From Acidobacteriota bacterium (lineage in GTDB: Bacteria > Acidobacteriota > UBA890), in NCBI GenBank assembly GCA_965216935.1, contig OZ244217.1:3488279-3552278 (forward strand): DNA of 64,000 bases, read 5' to 3'. Positions within the stretch are counted from its first letter, which is position 1, and each line of letters starts with the position of its first letter. This document shows, in pieces, positions 10,647 through 22,995 of this stretch. The notes beneath the pieces are model-generated. The model did no database searches. It was given only the letters and a program-made list of their open reading frames with translations, and had not been told where the DNA came from. The translations under genes were made by a program, and so were the position numbers.

Positions 10647-11500
10647 GGCCGCACCTTCTCGACCGTCTGCCGGGCTTCTCCGGGACCGGGAGGGATCATC
10701 CACGTGGCGCCATCCCGCGCCAGCGAGACCGGTCCCACGAAGGCGGCCTGCGCCTCCCCAAGGCACGCCTCGAGCTCCTCATCGCTCCGTGCGCCCAGGT
10801 GCATTAGCACGAGGCGCCGGACGCCCGCCCTCGAGGCCACCTCCGCCGCCTCCAGTGCGCTCGAGTGCCCCTTCGAGAAGCCTTCCCTGCTTCGGTGCGG
10901 ACCGCCGCAGTCGTGCAGCAAGACATCGACCTTCGTCGCCAAACGGGCAACCTCGTCGGACGGCCGCGTGTCCGAGGAGTAGCACACAGCGCCTGCTTCC
11001 GAGCCGAAGCGGAGGGCAGCCGTCTCTCGACTATGTGCGGACGGCAGGGCCTCGAACGCCCCATCGGAGAAACGGAATCGCTTTCCGGGCCGTAGATCGA
11101 TCTCGTGCGTCTGCAATGTCGGGTATCCGTCGCCGTCCACCCGGTAGGCTCGCACGACATCCCGAACGGTGTCGAGTGTTTGCCTCGGGGCCCAGAGCTC
11201 CACGGCGTCCGGCTTTCCGGCGATGGCCATCGCCTGAAGCAGGTGCGGCAGCCCGTAGACGTGATCGACGTGGTCATGGCTCAACACGACACGATTCAGC
11301 ATCTGCGGAGAGAGGCCGAGGCGTTCCAACTTTTGCACGATGGAGCCCGGGCACTCCACCAGCGACCAGCCGTTCGCATCCGCCAGCAGGAGGCCACTGG
11401 TGTCCCGTGCGGCCGTCGGCCAGCCGCTTCCCGCGCCCAGCACGTGGACGAGAATCTGCCCGTCGTCGACCGGTGGCGAAAGGTGCTGCGTGGCGGTCAA
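10643..11500 (-). CDS. MBL-fold metallo-hydrolase, RNase Z-like
   Basis: LGAGSGWPT, HDHVDH (HxHxDH), SSDT, GHSS, LMHL. Confidence 0.85.
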   Translation of the reverse strand: MTATQHLSPPVDDGQILVHVLGAGSGWPTAARDTSGLLLADANGWSLVECPGSIVQKLERLGLSPQMLNRVVLSHDHVDHVYGLPHLLQAMAIAGKPDAVELWAPRQTLDTVRDVVRAYRVDGDGYPTLQTHEIDLRPGKRFRFSDGAFEALPSAHSRETAALRFGSEAGAVCYSSDTRPSDEVARLATKVDVLLHDCGGPHRSREGFSKGHSSALEAAEVASRAGVRRLVLMHLGARSDEELEACLGEAQAAFVGPVSLARDGATWMIPPGPGEARQTVEKVRP

Positions 11501-12645
11501 GCCGGGATTGCAGCGGGATTGCGGATGCCCTTCTCCAGGGCATCTTCGAGAAGGCGGAGCTGCAATTTCCGGAGATCCCCGCCCAGTTCCTTTCGCAGCG
11601 CCCGCTGGATCGCCGCGCCGTTGCCGTTCGCCAGCACATCCGAAATCGGATCCAGATAGGCAGCGGTCCCGAGCTTGTCTGCACCCGGGGCCGCGTCGGC
11701 CAGCATGCGGCGCACGTAGTCCCGCATCGACATGGCCTCGCCCGTCTCTGCGTCGCAGACGTCAGCATCGAGACCGAAGCGGGCCCCCTTCCAGCGGGAG
11801 TCCTCCAGGTAGGCCCAGGTCAAGCGCGGCTCCGGCACGCCCTCCCTGTGAGCATCGCCGTACGCAACAACGAGCGCCTGGACGAGGGCGACGATGGCAG
11901 CGGTGCGGGGCAGCGACAGCTGTACGTCGCAGGCGCGAAACTCCACCGTGCCGTACTGTGGGTGCACGCGCACGTTCCACCAGATCTGGCGCGGCTTCGA
12001 GATTGCACCCGAGGCGATCAATCCGTCGATCTGGGCGGCGAAGTCGTCATAGCTGTCGAGCCGAGGCGGTATTCCGGCGCGCGGAAACGCACCGAACGAA
12101 TACACCCTCGCCGCATCCCAGCCGGTATCGAGCCCGTCGAGGAAAGGCGAGTTGGCGGCGATGGCGATCATCGGCCCGATCCATTTCCGCAGCCTGTTGG
12201 CGACGTACACCGCCCGATCCCCATCGTCGACCCCGACGTGCACATGCAGGCCGAAGGTGATGTTCCGCTGCGCCACATATCCGAGCTGGTCGTGCACCCA
12301 CTGGTAGTCAGGCGTGTCGACGAAGCTCTGCTCCTTGGGGTCGGCGTAGGCGTGCGTCCCGGTGAGGCCCAGCGTGCAACCGGCCGCCTCCGCCAGGGCC
12401 TGCACACGCCGGCGCTTGTCCAGCAGGTTGTCGATCCCCTCTTCGACCGTTTCGGAGACCTCCGTATTCGCCTCGACCAGGGTCAGCAACAGGTCGTAGC
12501 TGAGCCGCTCACGCAGGTCCGGGGCAGCGCTCGACATGATCTCGTCGACTTTCGGTACCAGGTCTCCCGTCTGCGGGTCGCAGATCTGGTATTCCTCCTC
12601 GATACCGAGGGTCGGGCGCGGACTGGGCTCGAAGGCGATCGACAT
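11497..12645 (-). CDS. YbdK-family carboxylate-amine ligase (GCS2)
   Basis: TLGIEEEYQI, FGLHVHVG, ANSPF, WWNVR..P.YGTVEFRACD. Confidence 0.92.
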   Translation of the reverse strand: MSIAFEPSPRPTLGIEEEYQICDPQTGDLVPKVDEIMSSAAPDLRERLSYDLLLTLVEANTEVSETVEEGIDNLLDKRRRVQALAEAAGCTLGLTGTHAYADPKEQSFVDTPDYQWVHDQLGYVAQRNITFGLHVHVGVDDGDRAVYVANRLRKWIGPMIAIAANSPFLDGLDTGWDAARVYSFGAFPRAGIPPRLDSYDDFAAQIDGLIASGAISKPRQIWWNVRVHPQYGTVEFRACDVQLSLPRTAAIVALVQALVVAYGDAHREGVPEPRLTWAYLEDSRWKGARFGLDADVCDAETGEAMSMRDYVRRMLADAAPGADKLGTAAYLDPISDVLANGNGAAIQRALRKELGGDLRKLQLRLLEDALEKGIRNPAAIPA

Positions 12646-12749
12646 GATCTTTCCGGCTGATGTACAGGACAGCTGGCGAGTTTATCAAAGCGCGGCGCCC
12701 GCCGCCCATGGCCGTGCGCACGGTCTGTAAGGCCGCACGCCCGACCAGG

Positions 12750-13682
12750 CTACGACATGCGGGCCTCGATCGCGGCGAGAATCTCGAACGCCGTCGCCAA
12801 CGCCCGGCGAGCCGACTCGGCGTTTGCGAGAGGCGTTCCGCGACTCTCGCAGCACGCGATGAAATCCCGCAGCTGACGCAACAGCGGTTCTTCGCCGGAG
12901 GCGTCGATCTTGTCCATGTCGATACCGCTCGGCTTGCCGTCGGTACGCAGCAGACGGTAGTGCTCGACGGTCTGCTTCGTGTAGTCGACCGAAAGATAGG
13001 CCTCCGGTTGAAAGACACGGACCTTCCGAATCCGGTTCACGCTCACTCGGCTGGCCGTCAGGTTGGCGATGCACCCGCCGGCGAACTCCAGGCGAGCGTT
13101 GGCGAAGTCGATCGCCTCGGTGAGGATCGGGACGCCGACGGCGCGGATCTCCACCACCTCGTCGCCCACGAGTGCGTGCACGATGTCGATGTCGTGGATC
13201 ATGAGATCCAACACGACATCCGTTTCCAGGCTGCGAGGAGCCAGCGAGCCGAGCCGGTCGACTTCGATGAAACCCGGCCGCTCGACCCGTTCCGTCATCG
13301 CTGCGACCGCCGGGTTGTAGCGCTCGATGTGGCCCACCTGGAGGATCCGATCGGTTGCCCGGGCCGCCGCGATCAACGCGTCGGCGTCCTCCAGGGACGA
13401 TGCCAGGGGCTTCTCGATCAGAGCGTCACAGCCGCTTTCGAGGCATCGGACCCCGATTTCCCGGTGGTCCGGTGTCGGCACGGCAACCGCGACGGCGTCG
13501 ACCGCCGCAAGCAGGCTGTCGAGGTCCGCGAAGGCGCGTCCACCGAACTTCTCGGCCACCTGTCGGGTGCGACTCGGATCGATGTCGTGCGCACCGACGA
13601 ACTGACAACCCGGCAACTCGTGCAGCACGCGGGCGTGGTGCGTGCCCATGGCGCCGACGCCCACGACTCCGGCCCGGATCAA
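12750..13682 (-). CDS. Gfo/Idh/MocA oxidoreductase, GnnA-like UDP-GlcNAc 3-dehydrogenase
   Basis: GVGAMG, EKP, VGHIERYNPA, DVVLDLMIHDID; TTGA overlap with lpxI inside the lipid A cluster. Confidence 0.85.
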   Translation of the reverse strand: MIRAGVVGVGAMGTHHARVLHELPGCQFVGAHDIDPSRTRQVAEKFGGRAFADLDSLLAAVDAVAVAVPTPDHREIGVRCLESGCDALIEKPLASSLEDADALIAAARATDRILQVGHIERYNPAVAAMTERVERPGFIEVDRLGSLAPRSLETDVVLDLMIHDIDIVHALVGDEVVEIRAVGVPILTEAIDFANARLEFAGGCIANLTASRVSVNRIRKVRVFQPEAYLSVDYTKQTVEHYRLLRTDGKPSGIDMDKIDASGEEPLLRQLRDFIACCESRGTPLANAESARRALATAFEILAAIEARMS

Positions 13683-14536
13683 CGAGCCTCTCCACGGGAC
13701 GCAGTCTCGCGACGACGTGCAACGACGGCGATTCCCGCTGCCTCGGCCCGGCTGAGAAAGTCGTCGGCGTCGAGCAGCACGGTAATGTCGGCCTCCACAC
13801 AGAGCGCCGTCGTCCCCGCGTCTACCATCGCCGTGACGGTCTCGGCCCCGATCACCGGCACGTCGAAGCGCAAGTCCTGGTCGGGCTTGCCGACCTTGAT
13901 CAGCACCGTCCCGGGCCCCGCGAGAGACCCGGCGCGCCGCAGGCAATCGTCCGTACCCTCCATCGCCTCGACCGCGACGACGGCACGGTCCTTCACGACG
14001 ACCGATTGCCCGATGTCCAGGCCACCGAGCTGCTTGGCGATCCGCCAGCCGTGATCGATGTCTTCCCGCTCACGATCGTCGGCGCCGCGGGCCGTCAGGG
14101 TCCCCTGGCGGACGATGTGTGGCTGCAGGAAATCGGTACACTCGAGTAGTTCGATGCCCGCGCCGGCCATCAGGTTCACCACCGCCTGAATCAGCGAGTC
14201 GGTGTGGCGGACCGAAACGGTGGACAGCAGGCCCTTCATCGAAGCGTTGTCGGGGGCTTCGTAAATCTTCTGCTGTTCGACCTTGCCGGCCATCACCGCC
14301 TGCCGGATCCCCTCGCCGCGAAAGCTGTTCAGCAGGCTGAGGAAGCCGCTCACATCGCCCCACTCGAGCCAATGGACGCGCTCCGCGATCTCTTCGATAC
14401 GGGGCTCGGTCACATCGCGAATGGCGATACCGACGACCGAGCGGCCCTGGGCGCGCGCCTCTTCGGCGACGACGTACGGCATGCGGGTGCTGCCGGCGAT
14501 CAACGCCAGCAGGTCACTTGACGATTCCGTGCTCAC
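13679..14536 (-). CDS. lpxI: UDP-2,3-diacylglucosamine pyrophosphatase LpxI
   Basis: LIAG, DIGQSVVV, AVEAMEGTD, KPDQDLRFDVPVIG. Confidence 0.93.
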   Translation of the reverse strand: MSTESSSDLLALIAGSTRMPYVVAEEARAQGRSVVGIAIRDVTEPRIEEIAERVHWLEWGDVSGFLSLLNSFRGEGIRQAVMAGKVEQQKIYEAPDNASMKGLLSTVSVRHTDSLIQAVVNLMAGAGIELLECTDFLQPHIVRQGTLTARGADDREREDIDHGWRIAKQLGGLDIGQSVVVKDRAVVAVEAMEGTDDCLRRAGSLAGPGTVLIKVGKPDQDLRFDVPVIGAETVTAMVDAGTTALCVEADITVLLDADDFLSRAEAAGIAVVARRRETASRGEAR

Positions 14537-15311
14537 TGTTCCGCACGAACTCGACCAGCGTGCCGATCTCCGGAGAAGCGAAGTCCTCTGCCGCGATCGC
14601 CTCGAGGGCCTGGGTTGTGTTCAGGCTGCTGCGAAACAGCAGACGGAAGGCTCGCTTCAGCTCGGCCAGCGTGTCGGCGTCGAAGCCGCGACGCTTGAGA
14701 CCGACGGTGTTGAGGCCGAAGACCTGGCAATGGTTTCCCTGCACGGTGCAATACGGAACCACGTCCTTGGTCACGCCCGAATAGGCCGCGACGAAGGCGT
14801 GCTGGCCGACACGGCGGAACTGCTCGACTCCGGAGAACGCGCCGACGTTCACCCAGTCCTCGATAACGACGTGGCCGGCGAGCGTCGCGGCGTTGCCGAA
14901 AATGACGTGATCTCCGACGATGCAATCGTGAGCGATGTGGCAGTAAGCCATGAAGAGGTTGTCGGAACCGATGCGGGTGTGCCCGCCGCCGCCTTCCGTC
15001 CCGACGTTGGCGGTGACGAACTCCCGAAACACGTTGCGGTCTCCGGCTTCGAGGTACGACACTTCGCCGTGATACTTGAGATCTTGCGGGATCGTGCCGA
15101 CGCAGGCGTGCGGGAACACCTCGCACTCCTCGCCCAGCGTCGTGTGGCCCTCCACGACCGCGTGGGCGCCGATCTTCGTCCCCGGCCCCAGCGTCACATG
15201 CTCTCCGACGGTCGCGTACGGGCCGATGATGACGCCATCGGACAGCTTGGCGCCGTCCTCGATCACCGCGGTGGGATGACACTTCCACTTTCCGGCGACT
15301 GCCTGGCTCAT
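14514..15311 (-). CDS. lpxA: Acyl-ACP--UDP-GlcNAc O-acyltransferase
   Basis: HPTAVI, PQDLKY, HIAHDC, LAGHV, GLNTVGLKRRGF. Confidence 0.97.
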   Translation of the reverse strand: MSQAVAGKWKCHPTAVIEDGAKLSDGVIIGPYATVGEHVTLGPGTKIGAHAVVEGHTTLGEECEVFPHACVGTIPQDLKYHGEVSYLEAGDRNVFREFVTANVGTEGGGGHTRIGSDNLFMAYCHIAHDCIVGDHVIFGNAATLAGHVVIEDWVNVGAFSGVEQFRRVGQHAFVAAYSGVTKDVVPYCTVQGNHCQVFGLNTVGLKRRGFDADTLAELKRAFRLLFRSSLNTTQALEAIAAEDFASPEIGTLVEFVRNSEHGIVK

Positions 15312-15802
15312 GGGCCTGACTGCCCCGCGGGTTGCACCGTCACGCTCCCGTTTTTTTTTTCCAGCTCGGGCACCTCGACCAGAACCGAAAACAGCGTGGC
15401 TTCGGCGGCGAGCTCACCGTCGACGGTGGCGCGTGCCAGTACCTGGCAGCTCTTCGAACGCACCCGCAGGACCTCGATCTCGCAGCGTAGTTGATCGCCG
15501 GGCACGACCGGGCGACGGAAGCGCACTTTGTCGGCGCCGGCGAAGTAGACGAAGCGGCCGTCCATGTCCTCTTCCTCGTTCAGAAACAGAACGGCTGCCA
15601 CCTGCCCCATCGTCTCGAGAATGAGCACGCCCGGCATGACCGGATTCCCCGGGAAGTGTCCCTGGAAAAACGGCTCGTTCATCGTCACGTTCTTGATGCC
15701 GACGATGCTCCGCCGGGGCTCCATCTCGACGATGCGATCGACGAGGAGAAACGGATAGCGGTGCGGCAGCAGCTCCAGAATACGGCGAATGTCGACGCTC
15801 AC
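15308..15802 (-). CDS. fabZ: 3-hydroxyacyl-ACP dehydratase
   Basis: [29 protein letters not shown]. Confidence 0.97.
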   Translation of the reverse strand: MSVDIRRILELLPHRYPFLLVDRIVEMEPRRSIVGIKNVTMNEPFFQGHFPGNPVMPGVLILETMGQVAAVLFLNEEEDMDGRFVYFAGADKVRFRRPVVPGDQLRCEIEVLRVRSKSCQVLARATVDGELAAEATLFSVLVEVPELEKKNGSVTVQPAGQSGP

Positions 15803-16875
15803 TCTGTTTCCTTCTTACTCTCTTCCAGCGCCGCTTCGACGCGACGCAGCCGGCGCAACACGTCCGGAAGCGCCTTGACGGCGGCCATGGCGCGCCGCCA
15901 TCGAGATACTTCGAGTTGCGGATACCCGGCGACGACGTGCCCGTTCGGCACCGAGCTCGTGACGCCGCTGCCACCCGCGATCATCACGCCGTCTCCAACC
16001 TTGATGTGCCCCCTCAGTCCGGCTTGCCCACCGATCATTACACCCTTGCCAACGACGGCCGAACCGCCGAGACCCACCTGCCCACACAAGATGCTGTCGG
16101 GCCCGACGACGCAATTGTGGCCGATCTGCACCAAGTTGTCGATCTTCGTGCCCCTTTCGACCTTCGTTGTCCCGAGGGCACCGCGGTCAATACAGCTGTT
16201 CGCGCCGATCTCGACGTCATCCTCGATCGTCACACCACCGACCTGTGGGATCTTCAGGTGGCGGCCTTCCTCGGTCGCATAGCCGAAGCCATCGGCGCCC
16301 AGCACGACGCCGGCGTGAACGATTACCCGGTCACCGATGGTGACGGACGAGTACACCGTGACGTTTGGATACAGGCAGCTGTCCCGCCCGATCCGCGTGC
16401 CGTCTGCCAGCACGCACCCCGCCCCGATGTGCGTGTTCGCACCGATGGCACAGTCTTCGCCGATCACGGCCCGCGCCCCGACAGACACGCCTTCGGCAAG
16501 CTCGGCGGACTCGGCGATCACGGCCGTCGCGTCGACCGTCCCGGCAGTGGCTGACTGGGGCACGAAGTGGCTCACCACCGTGGCCACGGCCAGGTAGGGA
16601 TTGTCGACGCGGATCAGCGCCAGGTCGTCCCGGGTGCCCGACGGAACCGTGAAGCTCCGCGACACGATGACACCTGCAGCCTCGGTCTCGGCGACAAGCT
16701 GGCGGTACTCCGGCAAGGCGCAAAAGCTGAGCTCATGGGCGTCGGCATCCTGCAGCCCGGCCACGCCGTGCACGGAGATACCCTCGTCGCCCTCGACGGT
16801 GGCGCCCAACAGGCGCGCCACCTCACCCAGCGTCGTCGGCCCCCCCGCCGCGAACGCTTCAGAATGTGGTGCCAA
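15799..16875 (-). CDS. lpxD: UDP-3-O-acylglucosamine N-acyltransferase
   Basis: Hexapeptide repeats, GADGFGY, KIPQVG, KIDNLVQIGHN; start approximate. Confidence 0.96.
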   Translation of the reverse strand: MAPHSEAFAAGGPTTLGEVARLLGATVEGDEGISVHGVAGLQDADAHELSFCALPEYRQLVAETEAAGVIVSRSFTVPSGTRDDLALIRVDNPYLAVATVVSHFVPQSATAGTVDATAVIAESAELAEGVSVGARAVIGEDCAIGANTHIGAGCVLADGTRIGRDSCLYPNVTVYSSVTIGDRVIVHAGVVLGADGFGYATEEGRHLKIPQVGGVTIEDDVEIGANSCIDRGALGTTKVERGTKIDNLVQIGHNCVVGPDSILCGQVGLGGSAVVGKGVMIGGQAGLRGHIKVGDGVMIAGGSGVTSSVPNGHVVAGYPQLEVSRWRRAMAAVKALPDVLRRLRRVEAALEESKKETE

Positions 16876-19552
16876 TCGCGAACTCGAAGGACGACCGCTC
16901 CTCGCCGAATTGCGGCAGGGGATCGAAGTTGTAGGCCCAGAAAAACCGGAACGGGACGTTGAAGACCGGCATGAACACGCGGAACTCTACCCCGGCGGTC
17001 TTGCGTAGCTCGTCCAGCGGCAGCGAGAAGGTGTCGTCCCAGGCCGCGCCGCCGTCGGTGAATACCGCGATCCGCACCGGATTGGCCAGCTGGAAGATGT
17101 ATTCGACGTTGTACTGCAGCGCCCGGGTGCCGCCGATGACGTTGCCGAACTGGTCGACCGGGCTGATGGCGCGAAGCTGCGTGCCGCGCACCGAGTTGCT
17201 GCCGCCGAGGAAGAAACGCTCGAAGATCGGCACGACTTCCAGGTCGCCGAAGCGCTCGACCGCGCGCAGGTCGACGTTGAACGCGAAGATCTGTGAGACC
17301 TGGGCCCCGACGCCGCGGCCTTCGCGTACCGTCGGGATGTACCAGGTGGTCGTGAAGCCCGCCTTCCAGAAGTCGAGCGAGCCGCCCAACGGGCCGCCGG
17401 CAAGCTCCAGCGATCCGGTGTGGCGCCTGCCGCTCGACGGATTGAAGGGGTTGTTGATCGTGTTGAAGATGATGTTCGGCCGCACACTGCTCGTCGTCCG
17501 CTCTCCCTGCACCAGGAACAGCGAGTTGAAGATCGGGTCGGAGAGGCCGAAGAACGAGTTACTCAGGTTGCCGATGTCGATGAACGTGTAGTTGTACTCG
17601 AGGAAAAGCGTGGTGAACTCGGCTCGGTCCAGCGGAAAGCCGATCCGGGTCGATACACCGCTGCTCTTCTGCTGGAAATCGATGTAGTCGAGGTTCGAGC
17701 GGAACAGGTCGAATCCGAATCGAATGCTCTTGTCGAACAGATAGGGTTGCAGGAAGGAAAGTCGGGCGGACGTCGTCCTGCCGCCGAACTGGCCGTTGAA
17801 CGAGAACGTCTGGCCGCGACCAAAGAGGTTGCGCGTGGCGTAGCCGAGCTGCACGAAGGCTCCCTCGAGCGCCGAGACACCACCACCGAAGCTGACCTGG
17901 TTACGGCCGACCTCGGTGAGGCGCAGCTTGATATCGACCTCACCCGCCTGCTGCACTCGGTTCTCCATCTCCGCCGGATCGAATTCCTCGCCGGGCGCCA
18001 GGGCGGCGCCGATCGGATCCTGGACGATGGTGACCTCTTCCTCGATGTTGTCGAAGTATCCGAGCTGCTGGATGCGGAACTTGCTGGCGTCGACGCGGCT
18101 CTGGCTCCACAGATCGTTCTCGTTGATCCGCAGGTTCCGCCGCATGACGTAGTCGCGGGTGTTCGTATTGCCCTCGAACTCGATGCGACGAACCGTGTAC
18201 AGGCCGTTCTCTCGGATCAAGTAGCGGATGTCGGCCACACCGGCTACCGGATCGGGATCGGGCTGCGGGACAACCGCCACCTGGAAGTAGCCAAAGTCGC
18301 TGTAGATGTTCTCGATGGCGGTCTGGGCGTCGACAACGCCCTTGACGTCGATCAGCTCGCCGGGGGCGATCGGCACGAGCGAGGAAAGCTGCTCGTCGGT
18401 GAAACGCGTGTTGCCCTCGATGAGGATATCGCCGAGGCGGTACTGCGGCCCCTCGTTGATCGGAATCGTCAGGTAGAGCCGCCGGGTCTCTCCCATCGGC
18501 CAGGTCCGGTCGATGTCGTACACGCGTACCTCGGGCTGGCCGATATCGATGTCGAGATAGCCGAGGCGCCGGTACTCCTGCCCGATGTTGATTCCGTCGA
18601 ACTCGAAGCCGGCGGGCGAGTAGCGGTCGTTCTTCGTCAGGAACGAGAACAGCCAGTGCTCGCCGGTCTTCTTCGCCATCCAGCGGAGCTCCTTCTGGGT
18701 GAACTGCTCGGCGCCCTCGAAGTAGACGTGCTCGATGCGCACGGTATCGCCCTCGACGACGTCGTAGACCGCGTCGACGCCGCTTCCCTCGAGGGCGGGC
18801 TGCTCGGAGTACTCCACCTGGACGAACTGCAGCCCTTCGTCGCCCTGCAGCATGGTGGTGAGCACGTCGCCGGCACGCTCCATCCGCTGCCGGTTGATCG
18901 GCTGGTCGAAATTCACCGGCATCTCGAGCAGGTCCATACGCTCGGTGAGTGCGTCGACGTCGCCCTTCTCCGTGCCGGTGATGCGGACTGCCCGAAGAAT
19001 GGGCCGTTCGACCACCCGGATAATGACCGCGACACCGCCCTCTACCCGTTCCCATGACATCTGAATGTCGTCGAAGAAGTCGGAGTTCAGCAGCGTCAGG
19101 AAGTCGTTCTGTGCCGTTGCCCAGTCGAACGGGGACCCCTCGAGCAGTTGCATGAAGAAGGTGACGGTCTCATCCCCGTAGGCCTCGTTCCCCTCGATGC
19201 GAACCTCGATGACTGTCTCGCCTTGCGGCTCCTGCGGCGGGGTACCGAGCTGCAGACGCGTCCGCATCAAGCTCGGATAGAGGCTCCAGAAGACGCTTGA
19301 GCGTGGCTCGGAGGCCAGTGCCGGGGCCGCGGCAGTACCGGTGGCCTCGACGGTGCCCGAGCTGGTGGCGCTTCCGGCCGCCTCCACCGCACCGACGCCG
19401 CTACCGGCATTCTTGACGGTGCTCGGACCGGCGCCGCCGGCCGCGGCCTCCACCGCGGCAGGAGTCAGCGCCAAAACGGTCGCCAACAGCCCGGCGATGG
19501 CGAGCGTACGTCGACGGGATACGGGCGATTCGAAACGTGTGCGTATGGGCAT
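16859..19552 (-). CDS. bamA: Outer membrane protein assembly factor BamA
   Basis: POTRA-like repeats, ERFFLGGSNSVRG, C-terminal FEFAIGTTF. Confidence 0.95.
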   Translation of the reverse strand: MPIRTRFESPVSRRRTLAIAGLLATVLALTPAAVEAAAGGAGPSTVKNAGSGVGAVEAAGSATSSGTVEATGTAAAPALASEPRSSVFWSLYPSLMRTRLQLGTPPQEPQGETVIEVRIEGNEAYGDETVTFFMQLLEGSPFDWATAQNDFLTLLNSDFFDDIQMSWERVEGGVAVIIRVVERPILRAVRITGTEKGDVDALTERMDLLEMPVNFDQPINRQRMERAGDVLTTMLQGDEGLQFVQVEYSEQPALEGSGVDAVYDVVEGDTVRIEHVYFEGAEQFTQKELRWMAKKTGEHWLFSFLTKNDRYSPAGFEFDGINIGQEYRRLGYLDIDIGQPEVRVYDIDRTWPMGETRRLYLTIPINEGPQYRLGDILIEGNTRFTDEQLSSLVPIAPGELIDVKGVVDAQTAIENIYSDFGYFQVAVVPQPDPDPVAGVADIRYLIRENGLYTVRRIEFEGNTNTRDYVMRRNLRINENDLWSQSRVDASKFRIQQLGYFDNIEEEVTIVQDPIGAALAPGEEFDPAEMENRVQQAGEVDIKLRLTEVGRNQVSFGGGVSALEGAFVQLGYATRNLFGRGQTFSFNGQFGGRTTSARLSFLQPYLFDKSIRFGFDLFRSNLDYIDFQQKSSGVSTRIGFPLDRAEFTTLFLEYNYTFIDIGNLSNSFFGLSDPIFNSLFLVQGERTTSSVRPNIIFNTINNPFNPSSGRRHTGSLELAGGPLGGSLDFWKAGFTTTWYIPTVREGRGVGAQVSQIFAFNVDLRAVERFGDLEVVPIFERFFLGGSNSVRGTQLRAISPVDQFGNVIGGTRALQYNVEYIFQLANPVRIAVFTDGGAAWDDTFSLPLDELRKTAGVEFRVFMPVFNVPFRFFWAYNFDPLPQFGEERSSFEFAIGTTF

Positions 19553-19643
19553 CGGAGTCGTCAGGGGGATCGTGCGGGAGCGCCCGAACGAGGGAAATAT
19601 TAGCGTAAAAGAGGCGCTCTTGCCCGGCCGCGGGGAATCCAGC

Positions 19644-22088
<2,445 letters not shown>

Positions 22089-22248
22089 TGCTCGTCGGCC
22101 AGGGCTAGTACGGCCCAAATCGACGGCTCCTTGTGGGCGCGCGCCCCTAGCGTTTGCGCGAGCCACCCGCGACGCCTAAGGAGCCGCCGCACATTTCGAG
22201 TATAGCGGACGCTCTCGCGCCGCAACAAGACAAGGCTATGGGCCGCGA

Positions 22249-22995
22249 TCACACCGCTTGCGGCGACCGGGCGTCCTCCTCGAGCCGCCCGCGGGGCTGC
22301 ATGCGAAGGACCCGATCGAACCCCTCGACCAGGGCCTCGTTATGGGTCGCCATCAGGATCGCGGCCCCATGTTCATCCTGCATCCGGGCGAACACCTCCA
22401 TCACCCGCAGCCCGGTTTCGACGTCGAGATTCCCCGTGGGCTCGTCGGCAAGCAGCAGGCTCGGTTGCCGTACGAGGGCCCGCGCGATGGCGACCCGCTG
22501 CCGTTCCCCGCCCGACAACTGGGACGGAAAGTGGTGCGCCCGCGCCTCCAACCCGACCTGGACGAGCAGGTCGGCAGCCCGCTCTCGCACCAGCTTCGTG
22601 TCCCGGCCGATCAGCAGCGGCATCATGACGTTCTCGAGGGCGGTGAACTCGGGCAGGAGCTGAAAGAACTGGAAGACGAAGCCCACCTCCTGATTGCGGT
22701 AGGCAGCCAGGTTCCGCTCGTCCATCTTCGCCAGGTCGTCGCCCCGAAAAGCGATGGACCCGTCATCCGGATGATCCAGCCCACCGAGCAGGTGCAGCAG
22801 TGTGCTCTTGCCGATGCCACTGGCCCCGAGCACGGCAATGCGCTCACCCGCCGCGATGCGCAGATCGGTCCCCTCCAGAACGTGCAACACGTCGTCGCCG
22901 GAGGGATACGACTTGCCTATGCCCTGCGCCTCGATGACCGGAACGCCATCTGCGGCCGCCTCCGGCTCCCCGTCCCGCGCCAGCGCCTCACTCAT
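22249..22995 (-). CDS. lolD: Lipoprotein-releasing ABC transporter ATPase
   Basis: GASGIGKST, LSGGERQRVAIARAL, ADEPTGNLD; downstream of lolC/E. Confidence 0.88.
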   Translation of the reverse strand: MSEALARDGEPEAAADGVPVIEAQGIGKSYPSGDDVLHVLEGTDLRIAAGERIAVLGASGIGKSTLLHLLGGLDHPDDGSIAFRGDDLAKMDERNLAAYRNQEVGFVFQFFQLLPEFTALENVMMPLLIGRDTKLVRERAADLLVQVGLEARAHHFPSQLSGGERQRVAIARALVRQPSLLLADEPTGNLDVETGLRVMEVFARMQDEHGAAILMATHNEALVEGFDRVLRMQPRGRLEEDARSPQAV

